Source: Deltaproteobacteria bacterium
Lineage (GTDB): Bacteria > Bdellovibrionota > UBA2394
Direction: 5' to 3'
Assembly (NCBI GenBank): GCA_017302715.1
Contig: JAFLCD010000008.1
Span: 37,924-101,923, forward strand
Length of the DNA stretch: 64,000 nt
This document shows, in pieces, positions 1 through 8,822 of this stretch; the first letter of the stretch is position 1, and each line of letters opens with the position of its first letter. The position numbers and the translations under genes are program-made. The notes beneath the pieces are model-generated. The model was given only the letters and a program-made list of their open reading frames with translations, ran no database searches and was not told the DNA's origin.

Positions 1-21
1 TATAAGTTTACTGGAAAATTC

Positions 22-876
22 TTGGCGCGGGCAGGCCCTCACCCGTATTCTATGACTATGTCCTGGCTTATTTTGCTGCTCCAGATCACCTTCGCTCTGC
101 TGATGCTTGGATCTATCCTCTTGTTTTTATTCATTTTAGCCTCGACTTGGACATGGGCTCAGTACCAAACGCAGACTCAAAAAATAGAAATTTCTTTATC
201 CGAAATTTTAACTACGGCCTCGATCGAATGGATTGCCATGGTCATTCTTAGTTTTGGCCAGTTTCGCAGCTTAAAACCGCTTTTTGAAGCACCGCCGCTT
301 GAATACGTTAAACCCGAGCAACTTTCGACAAAACAAATCCCCATCATCTTCGTTCCATCGCTGCATACCTCTGGAGGACTCTTCTCTATTTTGATGTGGC
401 GGCTCAAAAAGCATTTTTACTTAAGTTTGTGGCCTTACTCTTGGAGAAGTTTTTTAAAAGACTCTCGTTTGCTCGAGGATGAACTCACCGAATTCATCCG
501 AACGGTTTTAAAAGAAACCAAATCCTCCAAGTTTAGAATTTTAAGTTTTGGGTCAAGCCGTCGCATCGTTTCTCGAATTTTATCTTCGGATGAATTCTCT
601 AAACATTGCGAAAAATGGATCGCTTTAGCTGCTCCAGAGACCATGAGTGCCACGATGAGATTTTTACAGACCGAAAGACTGCGAAGTTCCTATTTTGAAG
701 ACACCACTCCTCTCGTTCGATCGCCGGATCTTCTTCTTTGTGGAACTCATGATTTATTTTGCTATCCACCGTCTGTATTTGGAGAAGGTCGAACCCATAG
801 AGTTTCACCGGTCGGACATTATTCACTTCTTATTCACCCCGATGTCGTGCAGAAAACTCTCGAAGAATTAGCATAA
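22..876 (+). CDS. Membrane-anchored hypothetical protein, possibly a degenerate alpha/beta-hydrolase fold
   Basis: 284-aa ORF with an N-terminal hydrophobic stretch. Potential Ser/Asp/His-order residues (SFGSS...THDLF...VGHYSL) but no clean GxSxG. Stop lies 1 nt before the next gene start. Confidence 0.45.
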   Translation: MARAGPHPYSMTMSWLILLLQITFALLMLGSILLFLFILASTWTWAQYQTQTQKIEISLSEILTTASIEWIAMVILSFGQFRSLKPLFEAPPLEYVKPEQLSTKQIPIIFVPSLHTSGGLFSILMWRLKKHFYLSLWPYSWRSFLKDSRLLEDELTEFIRTVLKETKSSKFRILSFGSSRRIVSRILSSDEFSKHCEKWIALAAPETMSATMRFLQTERLRSSYFEDTTPLVRSPDLLLCGTHDLFCYPPSVFGEGRTHRVSPVGHYSLLIHPDVVQKTLEELA

Positions 877-877
877 A

Positions 878-1603
878 ATGGCTCTCTATTTTGTAACAGG
901 AAAAGGCGGGGTCGGAAAAACCCGCTACTCAGTACTTCTTAGTCAGAAAATGAAAAAGGCTGAACTTGCTGAACTTAGTCAGGCGCTTCAGTCTGAAGCA
1001 GAGAAATTCAAACTCTCCCTGTCTACGATTCATTCATTCTCCAAAGAGACTTTAGGTGAAACTTTTTTAAAAAAATCACTGCGGATTCCTTTTTTATCAC
1101 ATTGGATTTCTCAGAGTAAAATTTTTCAAACCTTGTTTCAATTGGCGCCCAATCTTTATGAGTTATTACTTCTTCGCCAATGGATTCAAATTGCAGAAAA
1201 TAAAGATCTTATCGTAGATGCTCCCTCGAGTGGTCATTTCATTGCACTTTTGGAGGCTGCGAAAGCGGCCAAAGAAATGTTTGATGGTGGAAGCCTACAT
1301 AAACTAGCTGACGAGATTTTGAAATATTTTCAAAAAGCGAATACGACTTCGGTTTTTATCGTCTCTTTGCCTGAAACTTCGGCGCTTGAAGAATCCACCG
1401 CTATCGAAGAAAATTTGAGAAAAAATTACCCTAAAATGAGAATTCAAAAAATTCTTAATCGAAAGCATATCGCACCACCTAAAGAGCTCGAACTCTCAAA
1501 AAATATGCAGCAACTCGCCTACGATCGACCCAAGCTCGAAGACGAAAGAATCTTTTCGTATACCTTTGATCAAATTTTAGAAGAAGGCGCAGTTACGCTA
1601 TGA
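878..1603 (+). CDS. ArsA/Get3-family P-loop ATPase (deviant Walker A)
   Basis: N-terminal GKGGVGKT deviant Walker A. DAPSSGH resembles the ArsA DTAPTGH signature. Starts 1 nt after the upstream stop. Confidence 0.65.
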   Translation: MALYFVTGKGGVGKTRYSVLLSQKMKKAELAELSQALQSEAEKFKLSLSTIHSFSKETLGETFLKKSLRIPFLSHWISQSKIFQTLFQLAPNLYELLLLRQWIQIAENKDLIVDAPSSGHFIALLEAAKAAKEMFDGGSLHKLADEILKYFQKANTTSVFIVSLPETSALEESTAIEENLRKNYPKMRIQKILNRKHIAPPKELELSKNMQQLAYDRPKLEDERIFSYTFDQILEEGAVTL

Positions 1604-2574
1604 AGATTCAGTTCATTTGGGGCCCGGGCGGTGTAGGAAAAAGTCATCTTTCTATTTTGCAGGCATATCAATCAACTTACGCTTCAACTGCGCTTTTTAC
1701 TCTGGATCCGAGCCGAAGACTTTTTGATTTGCTTCAAATCTCGCGAGAGAAAACACGAGTAGACGTAAAACTTAAAAATAAGAAATTTTTTCTTTGCGGA
1801 CTCGAAGCCACTCAACTTTTTGAAGAACTCTCTCAAAAATCCATTGCCAATGCGAAGGTAAGAATATTCTACGAACAAATGGTAAAAGGTCTGCAGGAAT
1901 TTCGAGAATATTTAAGCCTCATTCAACTCAGTGATGAAATTAATAAATCCACTTACGAGCGGCTGGTGATCGATACGCCTCCCCTTCAGGAAGCTTTTGG
2001 TCTGCAACGCGCAATGAATAATCTGCAAAGTTTTTTTTCTCAGAGCCTCATTCAGTTTGCGCTTAAAGGGCAGCAAGCTAAAATTTTACATTCGACGATG
2101 AAGCATGCATTTGAACTCAGTCGAGTTTTCATAGGCAAAAAATCGGCCGAGCGAGTTTTTGAATTTTTGGAATGGCTCGGCACTCATGCAGATCGCTTTC
2201 AAAAAGCTGCTGATCAATTGACGAAGCTTTCCTATTCCGAAGAGACAGAACATCTTTTTGTATTGAGCCCCGAGACGGCTTTTGTTCGGCTTGAAGATAT
2301 TCAAAAGCTCTCTAAACCTTTTAAAAATATTTCTTTTGTAATCAATCGATCTGTCTTTGATGAAAAAATTCCTGATGAAAATGATTCTTTCTGCAATGAA
2401 ATGCGCGAGTTTAAAAATCTCGAAAGTAAGCTTATTCAGGACCTCAAAAGATTATTTCCAAAATCTGAAATTTCGAGATTGCCTTATCAATTGATGGGGG
2501 ATGATACCGAAGAAGAATTAATCCGCTTTAGCGAGTCACGAATGACCAAGGTAGACGTTCCGAAATCGACTTAG
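1600..2574 (+). CDS. Second, divergent ArsA/ParA-family P-loop ATPase
   Basis: N-terminal GPGGVGKS deviant Walker A. DTPP segment without the His of the ArsA signature. ATGA overlap with the upstream ATPase gene. Confidence 0.55.
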   Translation: MKIQFIWGPGGVGKSHLSILQAYQSTYASTALFTLDPSRRLFDLLQISREKTRVDVKLKNKKFFLCGLEATQLFEELSQKSIANAKVRIFYEQMVKGLQEFREYLSLIQLSDEINKSTYERLVIDTPPLQEAFGLQRAMNNLQSFFSQSLIQFALKGQQAKILHSTMKHAFELSRVFIGKKSAERVFEFLEWLGTHADRFQKAADQLTKLSYSEETEHLFVLSPETAFVRLEDIQKLSKPFKNISFVINRSVFDEKIPDENDSFCNEMREFKNLESKLIQDLKRLFPKSEISRLPYQLMGDDTEEELIRFSESRMTKVDVPKST

Positions 2575-4111
2575 GTCGATAAACTGTATCGGCAATCAAT
2601 TCAGGATGCAGCTTTAAAGCTTTACGCCAATCGTCGGATAAGCGATGTGTATCTTCGAGAAATTTTGAAGTTTCTACACTTCCGACACTCAATAACGATT
2701 GCAGGATCGCCGTATCCCACCCCTCGTGATTCACATGAAGATGAGGCAAACCTTCGAGCTCTTTCATGAGCAAATCAAACCTTGCCTGAAGTTCATCTTG
2801 CTGAAGATGAGCGCAAGCTTCAAAAGGCGTCGTCGGTTTTGGAATAAAAGGATTCAAGCTCACGCTTAAATTTCCGATCTGACCTTTTTCTTTAGAGATC
2901 GAAACAAATTGTTTATGCAAACGCTTAACGAGAGCGGCTAATTCTAAAATATCTTCGCGCTGCTCGGTCGGAAGCCCAATAATAAAATAAAATTTCAAAT
3001 TTCTTACGCCGGATCTCAGCGCCGTCTCTACAACATGCGAAATATTCTCTTCTTTAGTGCGTTTATGAATGACGTTTTGTAGTCGCACGCTTCCCGTCTC
3101 AAGTGCCAACGTCAAAGTGCGCTGACGAGAGTGAACAAGCAGCTCCATCAGTTTGGAACTAACTGCTTCAACGCGTAAGGATGAAAGCGAAATCTCTCCT
3201 CCTCCGTTCACCACATATTCAGACATCTCGACAAGCTCTGGATGATCAGCGAGTGCCGCTCCTAAAAGTCCAACTCGCCCTACTCTTGCAATTCCTTCGT
3301 CAAAAGCGGATTTCAAAAACGAAAGTCTTCGAAACCTTGTGCTCGCTTCTGTGTAAGAGACTGAACAAAACCTACATTTCTGAGGACATCCGCGAGAAAC
3401 TTCTGCCAAAAAAACGCCTGAAAACTCGGTGTGATTAGTAACGATCTCGGTTTTGGTTTGGTAAGAATTAATAAACTTAATCGTTCGGCGAGGAATTGGC
3501 TTCTCGGGAAAGTTTCCCTGAATCTCAGGAGAAAAAACTCCAGGCAATTCAATTAAGCTCTCTAATAATCTTGCGCGATGATGTTTTAAAAACGGATTGG
3601 CCCGCAACTTCATCGCAAGTTCGTAAACCAAATCCTCTCCATCGCCGAACGCAAAGAGATCGATGAAAGGAATCATGGGGCAAGGGTTCATCGAAACCGC
3701 GGCTCCACCCATAATAACTAAAGGCTCGCGATCGTCTCGCTCACTTGCGCGAATAGGAATTCCCGCCTGAGCTAAAATTCTTAAGACATGGATCGAGTCA
3801 TTTTCAAAACTCAATGTAAACGCGATCACATCGAAATCTCGAAGAGGTCGATTCGATTCAATACTGCGAACTTCTTTTCCGTCTTCGGATAAAAAACCGC
3901 GCTCACAAACTACTTCGTCGAGATCATTCCAAAGCGAATAGATGGTTTGAAAACCCAGATTGCTCATGCCGACATAATAAGTATGCGGATAAACAAGGCA
4001 GATTTTCAAACGCCCCCGCCACGGCTTTTTGCGAACGCCATCCTCAATCAGCTGAAAAGCCGAATTCATCGGCCTTAAAGTAGCAGCAGTAGACTTGAGC
4101 TGTTTACGCAT
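2528..4111 (-). CDS. B12-binding-domain radical SAM protein (TIGR03960-like uncharacterized radical SAM family)
   Basis: CRFCSVSYT matches the CxxxCxxC radical SAM cysteine motif. N-terminal Rossmann-like B12-binding region (ICLVYPHTYYVGMSNLGFQ). 527 aa. Confidence 0.75.
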   Translation of the reverse strand: MRKQLKSTAATLRPMNSAFQLIEDGVRKKPWRGRLKICLVYPHTYYVGMSNLGFQTIYSLWNDLDEVVCERGFLSEDGKEVRSIESNRPLRDFDVIAFTLSFENDSIHVLRILAQAGIPIRASERDDREPLVIMGGAAVSMNPCPMIPFIDLFAFGDGEDLVYELAMKLRANPFLKHHRARLLESLIELPGVFSPEIQGNFPEKPIPRRTIKFINSYQTKTEIVTNHTEFSGVFLAEVSRGCPQKCRFCSVSYTEASTRFRRLSFLKSAFDEGIARVGRVGLLGAALADHPELVEMSEYVVNGGGEISLSSLRVEAVSSKLMELLVHSRQRTLTLALETGSVRLQNVIHKRTKEENISHVVETALRSGVRNLKFYFIIGLPTEQREDILELAALVKRLHKQFVSISKEKGQIGNLSVSLNPFIPKPTTPFEACAHLQQDELQARFDLLMKELEGLPHLHVNHEGWDTAILQSLLSVGSVETSKFLEDTHRLSDDWRKALKLHPELIADTVYRPKSISERLPWSFVTR

Positions 4112-4196
4112 CCGAAAAACTCGTAGCAGAGTTTCAGCAAAAGGCCTACCTGGGGTTTAAAATGCCATAAAAGCGGAAGGCTTAAAGAATCTTTCT

Positions 4197-5033
4197 CTAT
4201 TTTTTTAATAAATCAGCGCTATCGACCTGGTCCGCAGCTTCTACTGCGTGCTCAACTTTTTGCTGAGCTGCAGCAGCCATTCCGGCTTCTTTAGACTCTG
4301 AGATAGAGATTTTTGGATTATGATCAACTGACATTCTTTCGATGATAAATTTTACCAAACCGCCTGGATAACCGGTCGTAGTCGAAGACTGATAAGGCCA
4401 CTGTGGATTAGGTCCAGTGTATAAGTGATTATAAAAACTTTCAGTGTAAGCAGCCTGTTGCTCTGTATTTGCAAAAGTAAAAACAGGATTTCCCTCAGGC
4501 GTTAAAATGGTTCCAGTTCCATCAATTTTAAAATCTTTCATTTGATGTTTTTGATGCACTAGCAATCGTGCAAATGCGGCTTCATCAAATTGAATATTCA
4601 CCCGAGAAAAACCCCCAGGACCCATAAATAATTCCAAATGATTTGGGCCACGACGAAGAAATTGAATTTTTATGGGATTTTCAGACCCATCTTTCTCATC
4701 AAAAATTGCAGTCATAAAATTTCCATAACTGCTTGCGAGATGCGGGGAATTATAACCGTCATCTAAAACAAGCTCTCCATACATAAGAGGGGATTTTTCA
4801 GCTCTTGCTTTTTCTTCTTCTGTCCAAACTTTATTCTTTGGAATGAAGTTTCTTACCGTTGGAGTATTTTTTATTGTGGTCATTGTTTCCTGAACTTCTT
4901 TTTCTTCTTGCTCGGCGCTTAACACAGCTGGTGCATTTTCTTTATTTCCTGCTGTAGCATCCTGCGCCTGTAAATTTAAATTCAAGCTGCTCACAGCTAA
5001 AAAGGATGAAAGTAATATTTTTGAAAAATTCAT
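4197..5033 (-). CDS. Secreted hypothetical protein
   Basis: 278-aa ORF with an N-terminal signal-peptide-like segment (MNFSKILLSSFLAVSSLNLNLQAQ). No recognisable catalytic motif. Confidence 0.45.
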   Translation of the reverse strand: MNFSKILLSSFLAVSSLNLNLQAQDATAGNKENAPAVLSAEQEEKEVQETMTTIKNTPTVRNFIPKNKVWTEEEKARAEKSPLMYGELVLDDGYNSPHLASSYGNFMTAIFDEKDGSENPIKIQFLRRGPNHLELFMGPGGFSRVNIQFDEAAFARLLVHQKHQMKDFKIDGTGTILTPEGNPVFTFANTEQQAAYTESFYNHLYTGPNPQWPYQSSTTTGYPGGLVKFIIERMSVDHNPKISISESKEAGMAAAAQQKVEHAVEAADQVDSADLLKK

Positions 5034-5236
5034 AATGCTCCTTAAGAAAAGTTAATTGCTACAAAGGATTATGCATATTGCATGCCACCTCTCTTTTCAC
5101 CTAAGTGTTCGAAAGACTTAGAAATTTTAAAATTTTCCAAAGTTCAGATTGGGACATTCATGAACCATTTGATTTCAATAAAAAAGGGAAAGGCTTTAAG
5201 CCTTTCCCTTTGCGATATTTCTAAAAAAGAAAAACC

Positions 5237-5584
5237 TTACTGATTAGCGTTCGCACAGCAGTTGTTATAGGTGATCGCGTAGCAATCAACGATACAATTA
5301 TTATAGGCAGTTTCGGCATCCGCAAGAGCTTCAGCTAAAGTTTGCATAACGCCATCCCTGCAAGCTTGGGTACTGCACATATCAAAAAAGAAATCCGCGA
5401 GACTAATAGCTGCTGATTCAGTTGTATTTCTTGAGTTTTGACATGCATTACGACAATTATCGACAGCTGTATCGCAGTATTCGGGACATGGTGGATTAGT
5501 ATGAACTTGCGCTTTTACTGGCAAAGAAAAACCTACTGTCAATAGAACTGCCGAGACTGCCAAAAGGGATTTAACTAATTTCAT
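5237..5584 (-). CDS. Small secreted cysteine-rich protein (12 Cys in about 90 mature residues, CxxxC spacing)
   Basis: Signal peptide MKLVKSLLAVSAVLLTVGFSLPVKA. Mature part has repeated CxxxC pairs (CPEYC, CRNAC, CIVDC), a CSTQAC pair and a terminal CC. Confidence 0.5.
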   Translation of the reverse strand: MKLVKSLLAVSAVLLTVGFSLPVKAQVHTNPPCPEYCDTAVDNCRNACQNSRNTTESAAISLADFFFDMCSTQACRDGVMQTLAEALADAETAYNNCIVDCYAITYNNCCANANQ

Positions 5585-5792
5585 TTTAATTTTTCACTCC
5601 TCATTTAATTTTTTATTATTTCTTAAGGCCAAAAACATCTTTAAATATTCCCAACCAACACATTTTCTTACTGAAAAAACGAACAGAATTCCAATCGGAA
5701 AATAAATAAAAGTAGCTATAAGGAGGTTGCCAAGTCTAAGAAAAATTCTTAAGGTTCTTTGCTTTTCGTAAGAAATTCTATTCGGAGAAAAT

Positions 5793-6743
5793 ATGAAATT
5801 AAATCGAATTTTTTCTATAATCTTTCTGTTTGTTTATTTAAATTTATCTTCAACATCTTTAACTTTTGGAGTGGAAAGAAGAAAATTAGATATTTGCAAA
5901 GCTACGATCGCAAAGCTTTCAAAATCCCCTGTCTTTAGAAGTCTGATGGTGGTTGCTGCTGGCTCTATTCTTGTTGGCGCTTACAAGTCTTCAAAACTTT
6001 TAGGATCAAAGTCAGAAAGCTCTTTAAATTCCGCTCTAAAAACTGAGGCTAAAAATTCACCAGATACAACTGACTCGATAAATTATTCTCTCCGTGAAAA
6101 GCCTGCTTCCACTTCCAATATCGATTCTCCAGTGTATAAAGCCCTAGAAATTTACCCTCCAGAAGTAAGAGAGAAAATGGATCGCGTATTTGCCAAGTCA
6201 GAACAAAAAATGGAAATCTTGGGAAGAAAGCAGTTTTGGATAAACTCTCCCATTCTTAAATCTGCTCATTGGTCTGAAATATATCTTTCTAAACTTGAAG
6301 ATTTTGAGTCAGACAAAAGCATTGGTGGCCGCATCGAAAAGTTACCCGCAATGTTAACTGCGATTATGGACCCAGAAAAAGCCATTGATGAGCTTACAAA
6401 AGATAAACCATTGGCTCCTGGCGAACGCCGTGAAGCTGCGGCTGAACTTTATAGATCTTATCAGATGTCGGTAAGAACCTTTTCGCTGATGACGCTTTCT
6501 CAACCAAGTGCACTTGGAAAAATCGATGGCCAAGTGAAAGCAGTTTTTGACGAGTATGAAGTCGGAATTAAAGCGATTTTTGATGATTGGAAAAAAGAAA
6601 AAGAATTTGGCGATCCTGAAGTCGCTAAAGATCTAGCTCATTACCTTGGAATTGCTCTTGAAGAACAGGTTTCTAAAACCGGAGCCATGAGCCCAGTTTA
6701 CGATTGGATTGAATCGAATAATTGGAAAATTCGAAAAAAATAA
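5793..6743 (+). CDS. Secreted hypothetical protein
   Basis: 316-aa ORF, N-terminal hydrophobic signal, no recognisable motifs. Confidence 0.45.
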   Translation: MKLNRIFSIIFLFVYLNLSSTSLTFGVERRKLDICKATIAKLSKSPVFRSLMVVAAGSILVGAYKSSKLLGSKSESSLNSALKTEAKNSPDTTDSINYSLREKPASTSNIDSPVYKALEIYPPEVREKMDRVFAKSEQKMEILGRKQFWINSPILKSAHWSEIYLSKLEDFESDKSIGGRIEKLPAMLTAIMDPEKAIDELTKDKPLAPGERREAAAELYRSYQMSVRTFSLMTLSQPSALGKIDGQVKAVFDEYEVGIKAIFDDWKKEKEFGDPEVAKDLAHYLGIALEEQVSKTGAMSPVYDWIESNNWKIRKK

Positions 6744-6797
6744 TCAGAAAATTTAGATATTCCAACCACACACAGCGTCGAGCATTTTTTTTCCAAA

Positions 6798-6922
6798 CCA
6801 CGCACAAGATTTTCATTTTAGACGAGGAGGATGAGACGCGCAGTGGTTGAGCTGGCCAATGATGGCCGTGAAACCCGAGCATCGAAATCTGACGAAGTAT
6901 AAAATGAAAATCTTGTGCGTGG
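6798..6922. repeat. 125-bp hairpin element: perfect 23-bp inverted repeat (ccacgcacaagattttcatttta / taaaatgaaaatcttgtgcgtgg) around a 79-nt core, abutting the tRNA-Leu 3' end
   Basis: Arms 6798-6820 and 6900-6922 are exact reverse complements. The right arm overlaps the tRNA-Leu 3' end (6920-6922). Confidence 0.7.
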
Positions 6923-7006
6923 TGCCCGCAGTAGGACTTGAACCTACACACCCTTACGGATATCAGATTTTGAGTCTGACGCGTCTGCCAGTTCCACCAT
7001 GCGGGC
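6920..7006 (-). tRNA. tRNA-Leu (anticodon CAA), type II with long variable arm
   Basis: Minus-strand read GCCCGCATGGTGGAACTGGCAGACGCGTCAGACTCAAAATCTGATATCCGTAAGGGTGTGTAGGTTCAAGTCCTACTGCGGGCACCA. The 7-bp acceptor stem pairs. Anticodon loop CUCAAAA. T-arm GGTTCAAGTCC. CCA encoded. Confidence 0.85.
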
Positions 7007-7017
7007 AAGAAATAAAA

Positions 7018-7329
7018 TTAATGAATGATATCGCGAGAAATCGGACTAATAAAAGCCAACTGTCGAGCTCGCTTCACAGCGGTTGTTAACTGACGTTGTT
7101 GAAACGCTCGTAGTCCAGAAACTCGGGCAGGAACAATTTTGCCTTCTTCCGTTAAGAAAGGACAAATCGTATTCAATTCTCGGTAATCAAAAACAAGATT
7201 CAAAGGAGGGCGTTTCTTTCGAAACGACATTTTCTTTTTCTTACCCTTTTTTTTCATCTTCGATCCAAAGCCGCCACGTGAGCCGCCTCTTGAATCTGAT
7301 CCTTCTGAACCGCTATCTTTGTATGCCAC
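7018..7329 (-). CDS. rpsR: 30S ribosomal protein S18
   Basis: C-terminal part matches S18 (EEGKIVPARVSGLRAFQQRQLTTAVKRARQLAF). The ORF has an unusual N-terminal Gly/Ser/Lys-rich extension of about 33 aa. The true start may be the internal MSFRKKRPP at 7230. Confidence 0.75.
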   Translation of the reverse strand: MAYKDSGSEGSDSRGGSRGGFGSKMKKKGKKKKMSFRKKRPPLNLVFDYRELNTICPFLTEEGKIVPARVSGLRAFQQRQLTTAVKRARQLAFISPISRDIIH

Positions 7330-7362
7330 GAATCTTTCCTTTTTTATGATTTAAAATTGATC

Positions 7363-7629
7363 TTACGACGCTGCTTTTAATAATTTTTCAAGTTTTGGCG
7401 AAATCGTTTTTCGATATTTTCGCGCTGCTTGAAGCAAGCCACCCAATTTATCGATCGTTCGAATGCTTCGATTCGAAAGCTTCACTCTCACAAAACGTTT
7501 AAGTTCTGGAACGAAAAGTCGTTTCTCAATCAAGTTGGGATGAAATTTTGTTCGTCGTCGATTATTGGCATTCGAAACCGTATTGCCAAACATCACTTTT
7601 TTTCCTGTTAATTCGCACTCACGAGCCAT
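7363..7629 (-). CDS. rpmB: 50S ribosomal protein L28
   Basis: MARECELTGKKVMFGNTVSNANNRRRTKFHPNL matches the L28 N-terminus (M-x-R-x-C-x-x-TGK...GN..SHA). 88 aa. Confidence 0.8.
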   Translation of the reverse strand: MARECELTGKKVMFGNTVSNANNRRRTKFHPNLIEKRLFVPELKRFVRVKLSNRSIRTIDKLGGLLQAARKYRKTISPKLEKLLKAAS

Positions 7630-7655
7630 CCGAGATGAATCGCCAAAATCTGCCC

Positions 7656-8822
7656 TTAAGTCAATGCCTTAAGGCCAACTTCTATACGTCGAATTCCCTC
7701 TTTTATATCGGCGTCTGAAAGTGCGTAAGACAAGCGCGCATAAGATGGAGCCCCAAAAGCCTCGCCCGGAATCAAGCAGACTCCGTCTCTATCCAGCAAT
7801 TTCTCGCAAAAATCGGTAACATTGGGGATTAACTTAGAAAAATCGATAAAAATATAAAAAGCCCCTTCAGGCTCCATCCATTGAAGACCCGGGATTTTTT
7901 GAAGTTCCGAGATTACTAAGTTTCGACGTTTTTCAAAGATTTTTCGAAAATCTTCGACAAAAGAATCCCCGTTTTTGAGAGCTTCTTCAGCGGCTGCCTG
8001 CGACAAGCTTGAAGGATTACTGGTCACCTGACTTTGAAGTTTGGTCATCGCCGCAATGAGGGGTTTTGGCCCCAAGGCCCAACCGAGCCTCCAACCCGTC
8101 ATCGCATAAGACTTTGAAGCCGAACCAATGAGGCAGGTTTTTTCTTTAAGTTCAGGATGCAAATGCAAAGGCGAAACCCATTCTGCCGGTGAATAAATCA
8201 GCTTGTAATAGGTATCATCACACAGAAGCCAAATATTTTTATTCAGCAAAAGTTTGGAGTACGACTCCACCTCTTCGCGAGTAAAAACTAAGCCGGAAGG
8301 ATTCGAAGGAGAATTGAGGATGATAGCTTTTGTTTTGGGAGAAATTTTTGCAGCGATTTCGTCGGCGGTAATACGCTGAGATTTTGCGTTCACGATGATA
8401 GGTCTGCCCCCCACCATCTTCACCATCTCGGGAAACGAAACCCAATAGGGAGATAAAATAATTACTTCATCGCCGGGCTCAACCGTGGCTTGTAAAAAAT
8501 GAAAAATCGCCTGCTTGCCGCCAGAAGAAACTAAAACTTCTTCAGCAGAATAAGCGACTCTGTAATCCCTTGAAATTTTCGCAGCGACGGTTTCGCGAAG
8601 ATTTGGCGTTCCACCGACGGCCGTATATTTAGTTTGGCCTTTTTCAGCTGCTTTGAAAGCGGCTTCGATGAAAGATTTTGGCGTATTGAAATCGGGCTCG
8701 CCTACTCCAAAATTGATGACCGACTTTCCGGAGGCCGCAAGTTTTTTTGCTTTGGCAGAAAGCGCCAATGTCGCCGATTCTTCAAAACTTGAAACGAGCT
8801 GAGAGGGGTTATAAAAACTCAC
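7656..8822 (-). CDS. Pyridoxal-phosphate-dependent aminotransferase, class I (aspartate aminotransferase-like)
   Basis: 388 aa. SASKSYAMTGWRLGW matches the class I aminotransferase PLP-lysine region. Confidence 0.85.
   Translation of the reverse strand: MSFYNPSQLVSSFEESATLALSAKAKKLAASGKSVINFGVGEPDFNTPKSFIEAAFKAAEKGQTKYTAVGGTPNLRETVAAKISRDYRVAYSAEEVLVSSGGKQAIFHFLQATVEPGDEVIILSPYWVSFPEMVKMVGGRPIIVNAKSQRITADEIAAKISPKTKAIILNSPSNPSGLVFTREEVESYSKLLLNKNIWLLCDDTYYKLIYSPAEWVSPLHLHPELKEKTCLIGSASKSYAMTGWRLGWALGPKPLIAAMTKLQSQVTSNPSSLSQAAAEEALKNGDSFVEDFRKIFEKRRNLVISELQKIPGLQWMEPEGAFYIFIDFSKLIPNVTDFCEKLLDRDGVCLIPGEAFGAPSYARLSYALSDADIKEGIRRIEVGLKALT

Noticed and set aside
6673-7089. ORFs 6673-7008 (-) and 6847-7089 (+) from the six-frame track
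   Set aside because: Both run through the tRNA-Leu gene and the long inverted-repeat element. They are spurious reading frames over RNA or repeat sequence.
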